Positions 49,682-58,642 of a DNA stretch of 64,000 nucleotides are shown piece after piece. Source of the stretch: an uncultured Bacteroidota bacterium (GTDB lineage: Bacteria > Bacteroidota > Bacteroidia > Chitinophagales > Chitinophagaceae); NCBI GenBank assembly GCA_903882965.1, contig CAIRZD010000279.1, positions 12,387 through 76,386 of the forward strand, in the 5' to 3' direction. Made by a program: the position numbers and the translations under genes. Numbering within the stretch: position 1 is the stretch's first letter; each line of letters opens with the position of its first letter. Below the pieces are notes generated by a model, which saw nothing but the letters and a program-made list of their open reading frames with translations, was not told the origin of the DNA and searched no databases.

Positions 49682-51112
49682 ATGGATGCAAGTCAATCCA
49701 CTTTAAAAAATGTTGCCAGAGTAGCACTTGCAGCTATGGCTGTGTTATTTGTTTTAGGTGCTGTATACTATAAAGAACGTACTTTATTTTCTGATGCTGC
49801 TTACAGCATATTTAATCTTATCAATTTTTCGAGAATAGATGTTCCCGGGGGCAACAGGTATGGTGCCGCTATTGTGCAAGTGCTGCCTTATTTTGCACGG
49901 AAGCTACATTTGTCAGTAAATGTAATTCTGTTCTTTTTTGGTGCCAGCTATAACCTATTTTACTTCATCGCAGCCTTTTTAGTATACAGATGCAGGCAAT
50001 ACGCTTTTACAATATTAATGGCGCTGTTTTATTTTTTGTTTGTCAGCGAATCGTATATATGGGTCGATGAAACATTTCATGCCACAGCATGGATGAGTTT
50101 GCTTTTTGCGCTGCTACTATACCTCGGGAATAAAAAGGTGAATATTTTTTTATTACTCGTTCCTTATTTCTTATTGGCATTTATTACCATTTTTAGTCAG
50201 TTTGTAATAATTATACCAGTGACTTTTTTGCTGGTATACCTTATCATTGAAAAGAGAAACTGGCCGTTTTCTGTAAATACTTCGATACTCCTTATCAGTG
50301 CCATTTTATTAATTATCGGGCTTAAATTTCTTGCTACAAGTTCATCTTACGATGCAGACCATTTGCGCGGTGTTACCCATTTCTCCATTAAAGATATTAT
50401 CACCACTTTTCAGAAATCGGTGGTACAAATGTTTTTATATCGTTGCCTGGTCAATTATTGGCTGGGTGTGCTGGTTTTCATTATTGGTATGGTAACGCTC
50501 ATTAAAAAAAAGGAAAATGCTTTGGCAATATGGACTGGTGTTTCAGTATTAGGCTACCTTATTATTATGGGATTAACCTACCCCAATCTTGATAGAAATA
50601 CCCTTTTATTTCATATAGAAAGTGAGTGGTCATGTATAGGTATCATTGTGGCAACACCTTTTGTTTTAACATTTTTACCCGGTCTCAGATCATCAACTGC
50701 TGTTTGGTTGCTGGCAGGTATATTTTTTGTCAGGCTGATATATATTGTTTCCTTCATTCCTGCTTTTAGCCAGCGTAATGAAATGACAGAACAGATATTA
50801 AACCAAATGAGGAAGAAGGGGATCACAAAATTGGCATTATATAATGACCAGCATCTTATGTCATTAGTTAAGTTAGACTGGGGATTACCTTTTGAAAGCA
50901 TATTAATGTCGTCAATGGATGGTGATAAACAAAAGCTGACATTTTTATTTGTTAATCCGGATGATAAAAAAACGATCGGGGAATTAAATAATTCTAAAGA
51001 TTTTTATCATGCATGGATGATGCTGCCCTACAACGATCTGAATAAAGAGTATTTTAATATAGATACCACAAAACCGTATCAAATAATGACATACGACGAG
51101 TTTCTAAAATAA
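49682..51112 (+). CDS. Polytopic membrane protein (possible GT-C fold glycosyltransferase)
   Basis: About 11-12 hydrophobic helices, FSDAAY in the first loop, soluble C-terminal domain. Confidence 0.6.
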   Translation: MDASQSTLKNVARVALAAMAVLFVLGAVYYKERTLFSDAAYSIFNLINFSRIDVPGGNRYGAAIVQVLPYFARKLHLSVNVILFFFGASYNLFYFIAAFLVYRCRQYAFTILMALFYFLFVSESYIWVDETFHATAWMSLLFALLLYLGNKKVNIFLLLVPYFLLAFITIFSQFVIIIPVTFLLVYLIIEKRNWPFSVNTSILLISAILLIIGLKFLATSSSYDADHLRGVTHFSIKDIITTFQKSVVQMFLYRCLVNYWLGVLVFIIGMVTLIKKKENALAIWTGVSVLGYLIIMGLTYPNLDRNTLLFHIESEWSCIGIIVATPFVLTFLPGLRSSTAVWLLAGIFFVRLIYIVSFIPAFSQRNEMTEQILNQMRKKGITKLALYNDQHLMSLVKLDWGLPFESILMSSMDGDKQKLTFLFVNPDDKKTIGELNNSKDFYHAWMMLPYNDLNKEYFNIDTTKPYQIMTYDEFLK

Positions 51113-51165
51113 TAATGTCATAACAGCCGATATTGCATTAATTTTCGCTTTCAAATTAATGTACA

Positions 51166-51678
51166 ATGAAAACAAAAAGGCCACAAGACTCATTTGTAAT
51201 AATGTCTGAATTGGTTTTACCAAATGATACAAATACACTTGGTAACCTGATGGGCGGAAGACTTATGCACTGGATGGACATTGCTGCTGCCATTTCCTCT
51301 CAAAAACATTGCAACTGCCCGGTAGTCACTGCATCTGTTGATAATGTATCTTTCACCAGCCCGATAAAACTAGGTAACCTCCTCACCATAGAAGCCAAGC
51401 TTACAAGGTCGTTCAATACGTCTATGGAAGTGTATTTGCGGGTATGGGGCGAAGACCTTTCAGCACAATACCGGTATATATCAAACGAGGCTTACATGAC
51501 TTTTGTAGCGCTTGACCCTAACAGCAAACCACGTAAAGTACCGGAACTGATTCCCGAAACCGACCTTGAAAAGAAAATGTATGACGATGCTTTGCGCCGC
51601 AGACAGTTGAGGTTAATACTTGCTGGTAAAATGAAAACCGAAGATGCCGGCGAGTTAAGAGCATTGTTTATTAAGTAG
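51166..51678 (+). CDS. Acyl-CoA thioesterase (hotdog fold, YciA-like)
   Basis: LPNDTNTLGNLMGGRLMHWMDIAA, VTASVDNVSF, AYMTFVALD. Confidence 0.95.
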   Translation: MKTKRPQDSFVIMSELVLPNDTNTLGNLMGGRLMHWMDIAAAISSQKHCNCPVVTASVDNVSFTSPIKLGNLLTIEAKLTRSFNTSMEVYLRVWGEDLSAQYRYISNEAYMTFVALDPNSKPRKVPELIPETDLEKKMYDDALRRRQLRLILAGKMKTEDAGELRALFIK

Positions 51679-51717
51679 CTTTATGTTTTAATATTGATAA
51701 AAGTAAAGAAATCGATA

Positions 51718-53001
51718 ATGACGATAGATAGAAAAATACACCCGGCAATACATGACGCTGTAGAATTTGAATATAAGTTGCCACCCATTCAGCAGGAAAA
51801 ATTAGACAATGGGCTGCCCTTGTACTGGCTGGATGCAGGAGTGCAGGATGTAGTCCAGATCGACTGGGTATTTCCTGCCGGGTTATGGTATGAACAAAAG
51901 CCATCTGTAGCACATGCCACAGCAGGGCTGCTGAAAAACGGCACATCAAAATACACAGCACAGCAAATAGATGAGGCGCTTGAATTTTATGGTGCTCAAT
52001 TAAAGGTAAATGCAGGTAATGATTATGCTACCATTACCCTTTACTCGCTAACCAAACATCTTCCGAAGCTGTTACCTATGGTTCGCGAGATCATAACAGA
52101 TGCTATTTTCCCCGAAGCTGAAGTGGAGATACATAAGCATAACGCACTTCAAAAATTACTCGTAAACCTGCGCCAATGTGAATTTGTGGCTAATCAGCAA
52201 ATAGATGCAATGTTGTTTGGAGCAACACACCCTTATGGACGCTACTCTCAAAAAGAAAATATTGAAGCAATAAGGCGCGAAGACTTGTTGATCTTTTATC
52301 GTCTTCATTACAACCTCGCAAATGTCCGCATATTTATGGCCGGCAAAACAAGTGAAACTGAAGTAAAGTGTGTGAATGAATTTTTTGGAAAGGTAACGCT
52401 GGAGAAAAGTAGTATCGATAAAGGGCATTTTGCGATCAAAACAACGGAAACTAAGATCCATAAAATAGATAATGACCCTAATGGAGTGCAGGGAGCCATC
52501 CGTATTGGCAGGCTTTTCCCTAACCGCCAGCATCCTGATTATTCTCCCATGGTGGTGCTCAACACTTTATTTGGCGGCTATTTCGGCTCACGCCTTATGA
52601 GCAATATTAGAGAGGAGAAGGGGTTCACTTATGGTATCTATAGTTCATTATCTCCTGAGATCAGTGGAGGCTCATTGATTATCCATACTGAAACCGGAAG
52701 GGCGGTAGTGGATGATGCAATAAAAGAAATATACCATGAAATGGAAGTACTACGTAACGAACCTGCTTCTGAAGATGAATTGCTGCTTGTGAAAAATTAT
52801 TTACTTGGAGGCCTGCTCGGAGATCTTGATGGACCATTCTCCATTCTTCAGCGCTGGCGCACACTTATATTAAATGGATTTGACGAAACTTATTTTAACA
52901 ACAACATAAACATTTACAAAACAGTCACTGCGAAAGAGTTGCAGTTGCTGGCGCAGAAATATTTCGACAGGGATACTTTTTGTGAAGTGGTTGTGATCTG
53001 A
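51718..53001 (+). CDS. M16 (pitrilysin-family) peptidase, non-catalytic subunit
   Basis: LDNGL, FGGYFGSRLMSNIREEKGFTYGI; HxxEH replaced by AHATAGLLKNGT. Confidence 0.88.
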   Translation: MTIDRKIHPAIHDAVEFEYKLPPIQQEKLDNGLPLYWLDAGVQDVVQIDWVFPAGLWYEQKPSVAHATAGLLKNGTSKYTAQQIDEALEFYGAQLKVNAGNDYATITLYSLTKHLPKLLPMVREIITDAIFPEAEVEIHKHNALQKLLVNLRQCEFVANQQIDAMLFGATHPYGRYSQKENIEAIRREDLLIFYRLHYNLANVRIFMAGKTSETEVKCVNEFFGKVTLEKSSIDKGHFAIKTTETKIHKIDNDPNGVQGAIRIGRLFPNRQHPDYSPMVVLNTLFGGYFGSRLMSNIREEKGFTYGIYSSLSPEISGGSLIIHTETGRAVVDDAIKEIYHEMEVLRNEPASEDELLLVKNYLLGGLLGDLDGPFSILQRWRTLILNGFDETYFNNNINIYKTVTAKELQLLAQKYFDRDTFCEVVVI

Positions 53002-53004
53002 ATA

Positions 53005-53038
53005 ATACAGGCCGGTCTTGGTAAAGACCGGCCTGTAT
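53005..53038. terminator. Terminator hairpin between convergent genes
   Basis: ATACAGGCCGGTCTT-GGTA-AAGACCGGCCTGTAT, 15-bp stem. Confidence 0.8.
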
Positions 53039-53057
53039 ATTTATCAATAAGCTTTTA

Positions 53058-53684
53058 TTATTCTTCTGTTTTCTTTTTCTTCGCGGTTTTTTTAGCAGGT
53101 TTTTCTTCACCTTCTTCACTGGCTTCATCACCTTCCGCTTTTTTCTTTTTTGCCGTTTTCTTAGGTTTTTCTTCGCCTTCCGTCGCGCTGGTCTCTTCCG
53201 CTTTTTTAGCTTTAGCTTTTTTAGCAGGCTTTTCTTCAACTACTACTTCAGCCGGTGCTGCATCTTGTTCCGGTGCAGCAACTTCTTCTTCCGTTTCAAA
53301 ACGGAGCAGGTCATTTGATTTCAGCACTTCATACCACTTCAGCATTTTCTTCATATCACTTACATAAACGCGCTCCTGGTCAAACTCAGGAAATATGTTC
53401 GTGAAATAAAGTTTAATTGCTTTATCATCAGCCTTTTTTACATCCACCAATGGTATTTTGGTTTCTTGTTCCTGCATCTTCTGAAACACATGGTGCAAGC
53501 GCACATTATCTCCTGTAGTGTATACTTCTATACTTTCGAGGGGAGTTACATTATGCTGGCGTGCCGAGATAAATTTCGTTGTCTTGTCCGCCACATTACG
53601 CACAATAGCGCCATCGCTTTTTGTGGTCAATAATTGGTAAAGTCCGCCGAGGCCTGTAACTGCTACTATTTCTCTATATTCCAT
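53058..53684 (-). CDS. DUF5606-domain protein with a Lys/Glu/Ala-rich tail
   Basis: IVAVTGLGGLYQL, VTPLESIEVYT, FPEFDQERVYVSDMKKMLKWY. Confidence 0.85.
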   Translation of the reverse strand: MEYREIVAVTGLGGLYQLLTTKSDGAIVRNVADKTTKFISARQHNVTPLESIEVYTTGDNVRLHHVFQKMQEQETKIPLVDVKKADDKAIKLYFTNIFPEFDQERVYVSDMKKMLKWYEVLKSNDLLRFETEEEVAAPEQDAAPAEVVVEEKPAKKAKAKKAEETSATEGEEKPKKTAKKKKAEGDEASEEGEEKPAKKTAKKKKTEE

Positions 53685-53831
53685 AAACAATCTTAAAAGG
53701 GGAGCAAAAATATAATTTTTAAGGTAATTAACCCGCAATTTTTTCATTGAAATTTAATTTATATAAGGAAATTGACCAAAGTTTGACCTTCAGGGAGTAA
53801 TGGAAGGGCATGTTTATTATATATTTGCCCC

Positions 53832-54368
53832 ATGATACTCTCTGATTCACGCATTCTTGAAGAAATTGAAAAAGGTACTATTGTAATAGATCCTTATGAT
53901 CGCAGCAACTTAGGCTCTAATTCTTACGATGTTCATTTGAGCAAATACCTTGCTATTTATAATGATAATGTATTGGATGCCCGCAAGCATAATGCAATCT
54001 CCCACTTCGAGATACCGGAAGAAGGATATGTACTGTTACCGGGTACTTTGTATCTGGGAGCTACAGTTGAGTATACTGAAACACACGCCCACATTCCTTT
54101 TCTCGAAGGAAAGTCCTCAACCGGCAGGCTGGGAATAAATATACATGCCACAGCAGGTAAGGGTGATGTAGGCTTTTGCAATGCCTGGACATTGGAGATA
54201 TCCTGCATTCAGAAAGTTCGGGTATATGCAGGTATGCCCATTGGGCAGCTCATTTACTTCGCAGCAGAAGGTGAAGTGCTGAACAAGTACAATAAGAAGG
54301 AAGGAGCTAAATATACAGGCCGCACAAATAAGCCCGTAGAAAGCATGATGTGGAAGAATAAGTTTTAA
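53832..54368 (+). CDS. dcd: dCTP deaminase
   Basis: MILSD, NSYDVHL, EGKSSTGRLG, GDVGFC...TLE, GMPIGQL, KY. Confidence 0.96.
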   Translation: MILSDSRILEEIEKGTIVIDPYDRSNLGSNSYDVHLSKYLAIYNDNVLDARKHNAISHFEIPEEGYVLLPGTLYLGATVEYTETHAHIPFLEGKSSTGRLGINIHATAGKGDVGFCNAWTLEISCIQKVRVYAGMPIGQLIYFAAEGEVLNKYNKKEGAKYTGRTNKPVESMMWKNKF

Positions 54369-54823
54369 AACTTTATACCGGCGCGGATATCCTGCTTGCC
54401 CTCATAATTTACCGGCACTTTGATGTAAACACCGTGCCTGCCTGCTTTTACCGTACCTGCGAGTTTTATATCTACTTCAGGATTCAGGATAAGCTGCAAT
54501 ACATTGGGTACAGCATTTTTCAAGTCTACGCTCAGCATGACAGGCATTGAAAAAGTATCCAAACCTGGTACTGCAAAAAGGTCGCGCACTTCCATTTTAC
54601 CTAACTTGTTACCATTAACGAATACATCTACATCCGCATCTTTTAACTTCATCCCATAATTATTCGGATTGAAAAGACGCAGATCCAGTGATACTTCAGT
54701 TTGTTGCTTGTCTGTTTGTTTTAGTTTAAAATTCTCTATGTTTTGGTATACGAGTTGTTTAGGCTGCCTGCAGGAGCATGTAATGGCAAATACCAGCAGT
54801 GAAAAGAAACAAATACGCCTCAT
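54365..54823 (-). CDS. LEA type 2 (WHy domain) lipoprotein
   Basis: Lipobox TCSC, LRLFNPNNYGMKL, DVFVNGNKLG. Confidence 0.85.
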   Translation of the reverse strand: MRRICFFSLLVFAITCSCRQPKQLVYQNIENFKLKQTDKQQTEVSLDLRLFNPNNYGMKLKDADVDVFVNGNKLGKMEVRDLFAVPGLDTFSMPVMLSVDLKNAVPNVLQLILNPEVDIKLAGTVKAGRHGVYIKVPVNYEGKQDIRAGIKF

Positions 54824-55279
54824 TGAATTTTTATTAAAGATAACAGGCAATATTAGGGCTTCTTACTCAATAAACTTTGCTAAAATAATTAAGGCTGCTT
54901 TTCGGTTTAAAGTTTATACAGCCATGTATATATACTTTCGACACCGTATGTAAATGCTTATAGGTGATAAAATCAGCAGGAAAAACAACTCTTGGTTTAT
55001 ATACTGTTTTACAGAAAAAAATAATCAGGAATTTCTCACATTGCCACCATTTCTTTCGTCATACTATTGGCGCAAACTTATTGTTTAGAAAATAATTTAG
55101 CCACTTTTAACTTCGGGTTAGAATTAATTGCATCATTAATAATGATGCTTTTCGTGTTTTATAATATGTTGTTTTACAGCTACTTAGTAATAATTTTTCA
55201 CAAAAATAACCCAACTATTTACCACATAACAATGTCTTTTATGGTAACCAAAACTATTTTTCACTCAAAAAAAGGACTT

Positions 55280-57115
55280 ATGAAAAACAAACTACTATTT
55301 TCAACGATTTTTATTGTCTTGCTCTCCGCTTTCAGAACGGAGAAGGCAAACGCCCAGGTCACAGGAGTCACCGTTTCCGTTACCGACTCTGTATACACCT
55401 ATTGTACATTACCCAACCCCGCCCAGGTTCTTGTATCGGGAACGCTCACCGGCACCATAACCGCAACAAATGATACGGTATTCCTGTACGTCAATTTCGG
55501 TGATGGCTCTGATACTTCTCTTTATCTGCTTACAACCACAGGCACTTTTGTGTATTGGGGCACCTACTTTAATCATACCTACACACTGCCCGGCACATAT
55601 GCTTCCTATGCAGTGGCCACCGTTTCCGGCGGGTTAACAGGCAGCGGCACTGCTTTTCCGCTCACCTTCTCTAATACCTGCGCCCAGTTGCAAGGCAAGC
55701 TGTACATTGATGCCAACACTAATTGTACACCTGATGCAGGCGAAGCCGGAGTAGCTTATGTGCCGGTTTGGCTCGTTAATGCCGCAACACCCACCGATAC
55801 AGTGTGGGCTACATTTACCGACGATACCGGTTACTATGCCATAGACCTCCTGCCCGGCACTTATACCATCCTTGCCAATAGAGCATCTTACTACGGCTGG
55901 TATTGGTGGGGTGGATACGGCGGCAGCGGTATCACACCTACTACATGCCCTGCAGGCGGGATATATACCCTTACTGCGGTATCAAGTGCCAGCTATACTG
56001 AAAATTTTGCGTTTGCATGCACAACGGCAATGGACACATTTGACGTGAAGGCTACGCTGGGCGCTAATGAATTTGTGCGGGGCGACACAACATGGGTAGA
56101 CGTATGGACCGGTGACTGGTGGTGGTACTGGGATTATACCTGCGCCAGCCTTTCCTCAACCATTACACTTACACTCGATCCGCACCTTCATTATGCAGGT
56201 ATGAATGAGGGACCTGCGCCTACAAGTGTTTCCGGCAGCGTTGTAACCTGGGACTATACTACCGGCTCAGACATTTTTAATTTCTTTGCAGAGGTGCGTG
56301 TGTACTGCGATAGCGCCAGTACTTTAGGCGAATCACTTTGCAATACTGTTTATGCAACACCTACTGCTTTAATAGACCCTGACCTGGCAAATAATACAGA
56401 CACTCACTGTGGCACCGTACTTTCTTCCTGGGACCCGAATGAGTTAGCCGTTTCTCCACAGGGAACAGGCACACCCGGCTATATTAATAATGAAACAGCG
56501 CTTAGCTACAACATCCGCTTCCAGAATACCGGCACAGCCCCGGCCAACAATATTACTGTGAATGATACGCTGAGCACAAACATTGATATGAATACACTGC
56601 ATGTGCTCAAATCATCCGCACCGGTAGAAATGTATGTAGCGGGCAATGTGGTTAAATTCAGGTTCAGCGATATCAACCTGCCCGATAGTGCGGCTAATCC
56701 AAGCGGCAGCATAGGCAACATAGTATTTGGTGTATTACCTAAGCCTGGCCTTGCCGCTGGTACTCCGATACCAAACAGTGCAAGCATTTATTTCGACTAC
56801 AACCAGCCTGTTATTACTAACAGCGTATTGAATACGATAAATAACGCGCTTGGTGTAGTGCATCTCTCCAGTGTGTCAATGACTGCAACTGTTTATCCAA
56901 ATCCTGCAGACAACATTGTGTATGCAAAAACAGATGACAAGTCTGATTTTACAATGACGATGATGGATATGTTGGGTCGCTCGGTTGCTGCTAACAAGAG
57001 TATTTCAGGGAGTGCTGTTGTAAATACACAAAGCTTGCCCACAGGGATATATATTGTAACGCTTACAAACAGCACAGGAAAAGTACTAACAACGAAAGTT
57101 ACCATAGAGCACTAG
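55280..57115 (+). CDS. T9SS type-A CTD secreted surface protein with PKD-like, SdrD-B-like and C-terminal Ig/FN3-like domains
   Basis: NFGDGS, GKLYIDANTNC..DAGE, SSWDPNELAV, YNIRFQNTGTAPA, IYFDYNQPVITN, VYPNPA...GIYIV. Confidence 0.88.
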   Translation: MKNKLLFSTIFIVLLSAFRTEKANAQVTGVTVSVTDSVYTYCTLPNPAQVLVSGTLTGTITATNDTVFLYVNFGDGSDTSLYLLTTTGTFVYWGTYFNHTYTLPGTYASYAVATVSGGLTGSGTAFPLTFSNTCAQLQGKLYIDANTNCTPDAGEAGVAYVPVWLVNAATPTDTVWATFTDDTGYYAIDLLPGTYTILANRASYYGWYWWGGYGGSGITPTTCPAGGIYTLTAVSSASYTENFAFACTTAMDTFDVKATLGANEFVRGDTTWVDVWTGDWWWYWDYTCASLSSTITLTLDPHLHYAGMNEGPAPTSVSGSVVTWDYTTGSDIFNFFAEVRVYCDSASTLGESLCNTVYATPTALIDPDLANNTDTHCGTVLSSWDPNELAVSPQGTGTPGYINNETALSYNIRFQNTGTAPANNITVNDTLSTNIDMNTLHVLKSSAPVEMYVAGNVVKFRFSDINLPDSAANPSGSIGNIVFGVLPKPGLAAGTPIPNSASIYFDYNQPVITNSVLNTINNALGVVHLSSVSMTATVYPNPADNIVYAKTDDKSDFTMTMMDMLGRSVAANKSISGSAVVNTQSLPTGIYIVTLTNSTGKVLTTKVTIEH

Positions 57116-57137
57116 TCATACATAATAGTGCAGCAAT

Positions 57138-57170
57138 AAAAAAACGGGAGTGTGCGCTCCCGTTTTTTTT
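57138..57170. terminator. Bidirectional terminator
   Basis: AAAAAAACGGGAG-TGTGCG-CTCCCGTTTTTTT. Confidence 0.85.
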
Positions 57171-57189
57171 ATTGGTAAAAAGTTGAAAC

Positions 57190-58149
57190 TTATTTTTTCC
57201 TGCTGATGGCATTTTGTGCAGCAGCTACAATATGTTCTTTCGTAAGGCCATATTTGTCCAGCAACTGTTTTGGTGTACCACTTTCTCCAAACGTATCCAT
57301 CACCGCTACATACTCATGAGGCACAGGGCATGTGCGCGAAGCCACATTAGCTATACTGTCGCCAAGGCCGCCATTTATCTGGTGTTCTTCGGCAGTAACA
57401 ATACAACGTGTTTTGCTGATAGATTTTATTACTGCCGCTTCATCCAGCGGTTTTATAGTATGGATATTTATCAGTTCTACCGAGACGCCTTTTTCTGCAA
57501 GAATTTTAGCAGCTTCCACAGCAAGCCATACCATATGCCCGCAGGCAAAGATGGTAACATCTGTACCCTCGGCAAGTACCTGCGCTTTGCCTATTTCAAA
57601 TTTCTGGTCTTCAGCCGTAAAGTTTGGCCACTTCGGTCTTCCGAAACGCAGGTACACAGGTCCCTGGTATTCTGCGATAGCAATTGTTGCAGCCTTGGTC
57701 TGGTTATAATCACATGGCACTATAACGGTCATGCCCGGCAGCATTTTCATCATACCTATATCTTCCAGCACCTGGTGTGTAGCACCATCTTCACCCAGCG
57801 TAAGTCCGGCATGCGATGCGCATATCTTCACATTTTTGCCGCTATACGCTACCGACTGGCGTATCTGGTCATATACGCGCGATGTTGAGAAGTTGGCGAA
57901 CGTAGTTGTAAAAGGGATCTTGCCGCCAATCGTCAGCCCTGCACCTACCCCTATCATATTTGCCTCAGCAATACCGCATTGTATAAAGCGGTCGGGAAAT
58001 TCTTTTATGAATGCATTCAGCTTCAGAGAGCCGGCAAGGTCGGCAGTAAGTGCAACAACATTAGGGTTGCGGCGCCCTGCTTCCAGTATGCCATCACCAA
58101 AACCCCCACGGGTTTCTTTCTCGTTTAATATCTGTATATCGTTTAACAT
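57190..58149 (-). CDS. Transketolase, C-terminal (pyrimidine-binding) subunit
   Basis: GIAEANMIG, GEDGATHQ, GPVYLRFGR, IKPLD, EEHQINGGLG. Confidence 0.95.
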   Translation of the reverse strand: MLNDIQILNEKETRGGFGDGILEAGRRNPNVVALTADLAGSLKLNAFIKEFPDRFIQCGIAEANMIGVGAGLTIGGKIPFTTTFANFSTSRVYDQIRQSVAYSGKNVKICASHAGLTLGEDGATHQVLEDIGMMKMLPGMTVIVPCDYNQTKAATIAIAEYQGPVYLRFGRPKWPNFTAEDQKFEIGKAQVLAEGTDVTIFACGHMVWLAVEAAKILAEKGVSVELINIHTIKPLDEAAVIKSISKTRCIVTAEEHQINGGLGDSIANVASRTCPVPHEYVAVMDTFGESGTPKQLLDKYGLTKEHIVAAAQNAISRKK

Positions 58150-58207
58150 GTAGTGGATATGTGCGGCAAAAATACACTTTTAGCTTTCACTTTCGAATTT
58201 TCACTTT

Positions 58208-58546
58208 TTACTTTGTCAACACATATCCCCAATCTTTCAACCAGGCAATGACTTTTTCACGATAGTCGCCTTGTATAATAATAAAACCATCTTTTACACT
58301 GCCGCCGGCACCGCACTTTGTTTTTAACTGCTTGCCAAGGGCTTCCATATCCTCAGTTGTGCCTGTAAAGCCATCTACGAGCGTCACCACCTTGCCTGCT
58401 CTTTGCTTTGTATCCAGTTTCACACGGAGCTTTTGCTTGTCTTTAGGCAGGGTTTCCATGTTTTCCGGTTCGGGGAAGTCATTAAAAAAATCCTTATTGG
58501 TAGAGTATGCCAGCCCATCTGGGCGGGATGTGTGTTTTTTTGACAT
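58208..58546 (-). CDS. SUI1/YciH family translation factor
   Basis: RAGKVVTLVDGF, LGKQLKTKCGAGGSVKDG.IIIQGD. Confidence 0.95.
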   Translation of the reverse strand: MSKKHTSRPDGLAYSTNKDFFNDFPEPENMETLPKDKQKLRVKLDTKQRAGKVVTLVDGFTGTTEDMEALGKQLKTKCGAGGSVKDGFIIIQGDYREKVIAWLKDWGYVLTK

Positions 58547-58642
58547 AAAAGATATTTTCAAGACGCAAAATTAGTATTTAGTACTCATAGAGTACTTGCA
58601 ATGCAATAAGTTTTATATTTGCTATTACCTTAATCTATTATT

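Noticed and set aside
51718-53001. M16 peptidase lacking HxxEH read as a pseudogene
   Set aside because: The frame is intact and non-catalytic M16B subunits are a normal part of heterodimeric enzymes.
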